A DNA stretch of 64,000 bases from Phoronis australis. Taxonomy: Eukaryota > Animalia > Phoronida. The first letter of the stretch is position 1, and each line of letters opens with the position of its first letter. The notes under the pieces are model-generated. The model was not told the DNA's origin. It worked only from the letters and a program-made list of their open reading frames with translations, and did no database searches. The DNA is taken from assembly GCA_002633005.1 (NCBI GenBank), contig NMRA01000090.1, positions 985,453 to 1,049,452 of the forward strand, read 5' to 3'. The position numbers and the translations under genes were made by a program. Of this stretch, positions 61,893 through 64,000 are shown piece by piece.

Positions 61893-63187
61893 CTGTAAAT
61901 ATGAAACTTTTGAAAACGCCTTTAACAGATTTTGTTAAAGCAATTCGTCGGCTACGAGCTTCAGATAAGCCATATTGTACAATCGCACGTGGATTTCATG
62001 CAACACCCAACACCAATACAAAACCTGCTTCGTCAACCAGGAATCACCTCTATCACCCACCCGAGGTATAACTGACATTAGAAAATCTTGTTGACACCCA
62101 GTGACAACTTTGAAGTCGATAAGTGAACCTGCACGACACGCATGCCTCCCTTTATCAGTTGCTTATGCCGAGAGAGAGAAGGAAGTGAAACGATACAATT
62201 CATTTAGTTTGACTAAGAAGACGAGAGCGTCAATAGGCCCGTCCAAAATAATGTAGTACAGCACCACACACAGTTCGTGTTATTTACCCAGAGTGCAACA
62301 CGCGCTTCAAGCACTTGTTCTGATTTTTCACATCATGTGATCTGGTAACTACATTGCACCGTAATTATTGTGTAATTCCTCATTGTAATGCAGGCACACT
62401 TGTATTATTTCAATTTGTGTTGCAATGCTGAAACGAAGAAATGGGCAATAAGAGCAAATATCAGTGCTGGGTGTGACTTTTTTGTTATTTAACTCAGGAA
62501 TGCCTGACAGACGGAAAAGTACCAGCCATGGAATGTTTTTTCTAACTTCACAAAAAGAAGAGTTCAGTCCAGGAGAGTCCTAATACATGTGCGTCCATCA
62601 TCGGCAGCTCTCTATGAGCAGAAATACCACTTAAGGGAAAGACAACATTCAACACTTATGAAGGTCAACTTGAACATTTATGATCCCTTGGAAATTTTCT
62701 CTGAAAGAATATTCTTTTTAAAATCACAGGCATTCATTTCTTACATTCGTAAGTAAGCCGGTGCTAGTTAAATGTGGACGCCGTAGTTGAGGTTTTAGAC
62801 ATATTCAGCAATTGCAGGCTACACATTTCCTAGTTGTTCGTTTGGGTTGACTGACAGTTATTACAACCTTGGTACAAAACTGTATAGACATACAGCTTTG
62901 GAACGATGTGGATAAACTGAACAAGTAAAATATGACACAACATTAATGTCATTAATAATACTTGCACATCTTTGAGTATAGCAAACAGGGGAAGAGAGCT
63001 ACATGTACTGTAGAAGAATAAATTGAGCCTGTACCGGTCAATGTCGGTTTACTGAGAGATTTTGAATCCAACTCGCTCTACATGTTGATATCAGTCTCAT
63101 GACGAGGTGACTAACAGAACTACGCGGCTGGTGTAGAATTTCGAGGTCCATATAAAACTAAAAAGCATCAAAGACGAAACACGACTT

Positions 63188-64000
63188 TTACTTAATGCAC
63201 GCATCGTACCCGTATCCTCGTTTCACGCTAGTCTTCGCACAACTGTCTGATAAAGTTATACTGAAAGACGTTACTATCCTCCAGGGCCCGGTTGCATAAA
63301 AGTCTGTATAACTATCCAGCGGATAAGAGCTTATACGCCGGATAAGATTTATACGCCGGTACAATTTCTGGGTACGTTTCTGCTTCTCAATTATCTTTCC
63401 TACAAATTCTCGCAGCTTAGAGGTGCCATGGTTCTTATTTAATGGCCGCCATCTCATTGACGCTGACGTAGAAGCTGCTCCGGAGCTGCTCTGGTTTTTT
63501 ACCACTCTTGCCTCAGCTGTTGTAGCTAGAGCTGGACTGCAAACTTCTTTTGCCTCACATTCTTTGTTATTTAAGGATGAAATTCTAATATCTTGTCCTG
63601 AAAGCCCGGGGAGTGCTTCCGTTGGTGTTACTGAGGTATGCTTTTTTACGCGATCGTTGCTGAGCGCGAAAATGTGTTTTTGATTTACATTCGTTGATGA
63701 CGTGCTAGACAACTCTGAGACGTCATTACCACTACTGGCAACGGACTTTCTGCCAGATATCAAATGTTTAGAACCGGTTATGTCAGACAAGTTTCCATTA
63801 TCCGAAGATGGCATATTTATTTTGGAAGTGGCCAACTCTCGGTGATGGTATGAGGCTGATTTCGTACGAGGAACAGTTAAAGGCACACTCTCATCTTTTT
63901 CTTGCTGATTACTTTTTTGTAACTTAAGTTGATAATTCTCGTTGTTTGTCACACCTAGCGATATTTTGGCTCCCAGACTCCTTTTCTTTGAGAAGTGTAT
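63188..64000 (-). CDS. Ser-rich, probably disordered coding segment of an unknown gene extending beyond the window
   Basis: ORF 63188-63952 stays open to base 64000 (about 270 codons in AT-rich DNA). No recognisable domain. Its C-terminal part runs through a MITE end. Confidence 0.55.
   Translation of the reverse strand: MHFSKKRSLGAKISLGVTNNENYQLKLQKSNQQEKDESVPLTVPRTKSASYHHRELATSKINMPSSDNGNLSDITGSKHLISGRKSVASSGNDVSELSSTSSTNVNQKHIFALSNDRVKKHTSVTPTEALPGLSGQDIRISSLNNKECEAKEVCSPALATTAEARVVKNQSSSGAASTSASMRWRPLNKNHGTSKLREFVGKIIEKQKRTQKLYRRINLIRRISSYPLDSYTDFYATGPWRIVTSFSITLSDSCAKTSVKRGYGYDACIK

Noticed and set aside
633-62071. Most other 60-140 aa ORFs in the supplied track
   Set aside because: Non-ATG starts, no domain motifs, and located in introns, repeats or antisense to real exons; consistent with chance ORFs.

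Overview
AT-rich, intron-rich eukaryotic DNA. Spliceosomal introns, many MITEs/HINEs and frequent TACATGTA suggest a non-vertebrate animal, probably a marine invertebrate; the taxon is an inference. I assembled two multi-exon genes by hand from splice sites and codon phase. (1) Plus strand, about 8576-26964, 8 exons, about 730 aa: a TRIF/TICAM-like cytoplasmic innate-immune adaptor with an SSGYAS degron-like motif, a TICAM-type TIR domain, a charged coiled coil, TRAF6-type motifs (PRETQW, PREQHE), a RHIM motif (VNIENLQIGNNNQVM) and a C-terminal CaaX prenylation box (GGGKKCAIM*). This combination is the main finding. (2) Plus strand, 32221-53158, 14 coding exons, about 636 aa: an SLC5 sodium:solute symporter (SMCT/SMVT/NIS-like) with two GC-AG introns. 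Also present: minus-strand exons of a MAM + EGF-repeat extracellular protein gene (54.8-61.9 kb, partly decayed), a minus-strand ORF running off the right edge, a decayed LOA/Lian-like LINE with RNase H, a complete Helentron-associated HINE/DINE-1-type element, several MITEs, and three minisatellites. No CRISPR array, rRNA or convincing tRNA. Family assignments come from motif recognition, not database searches.
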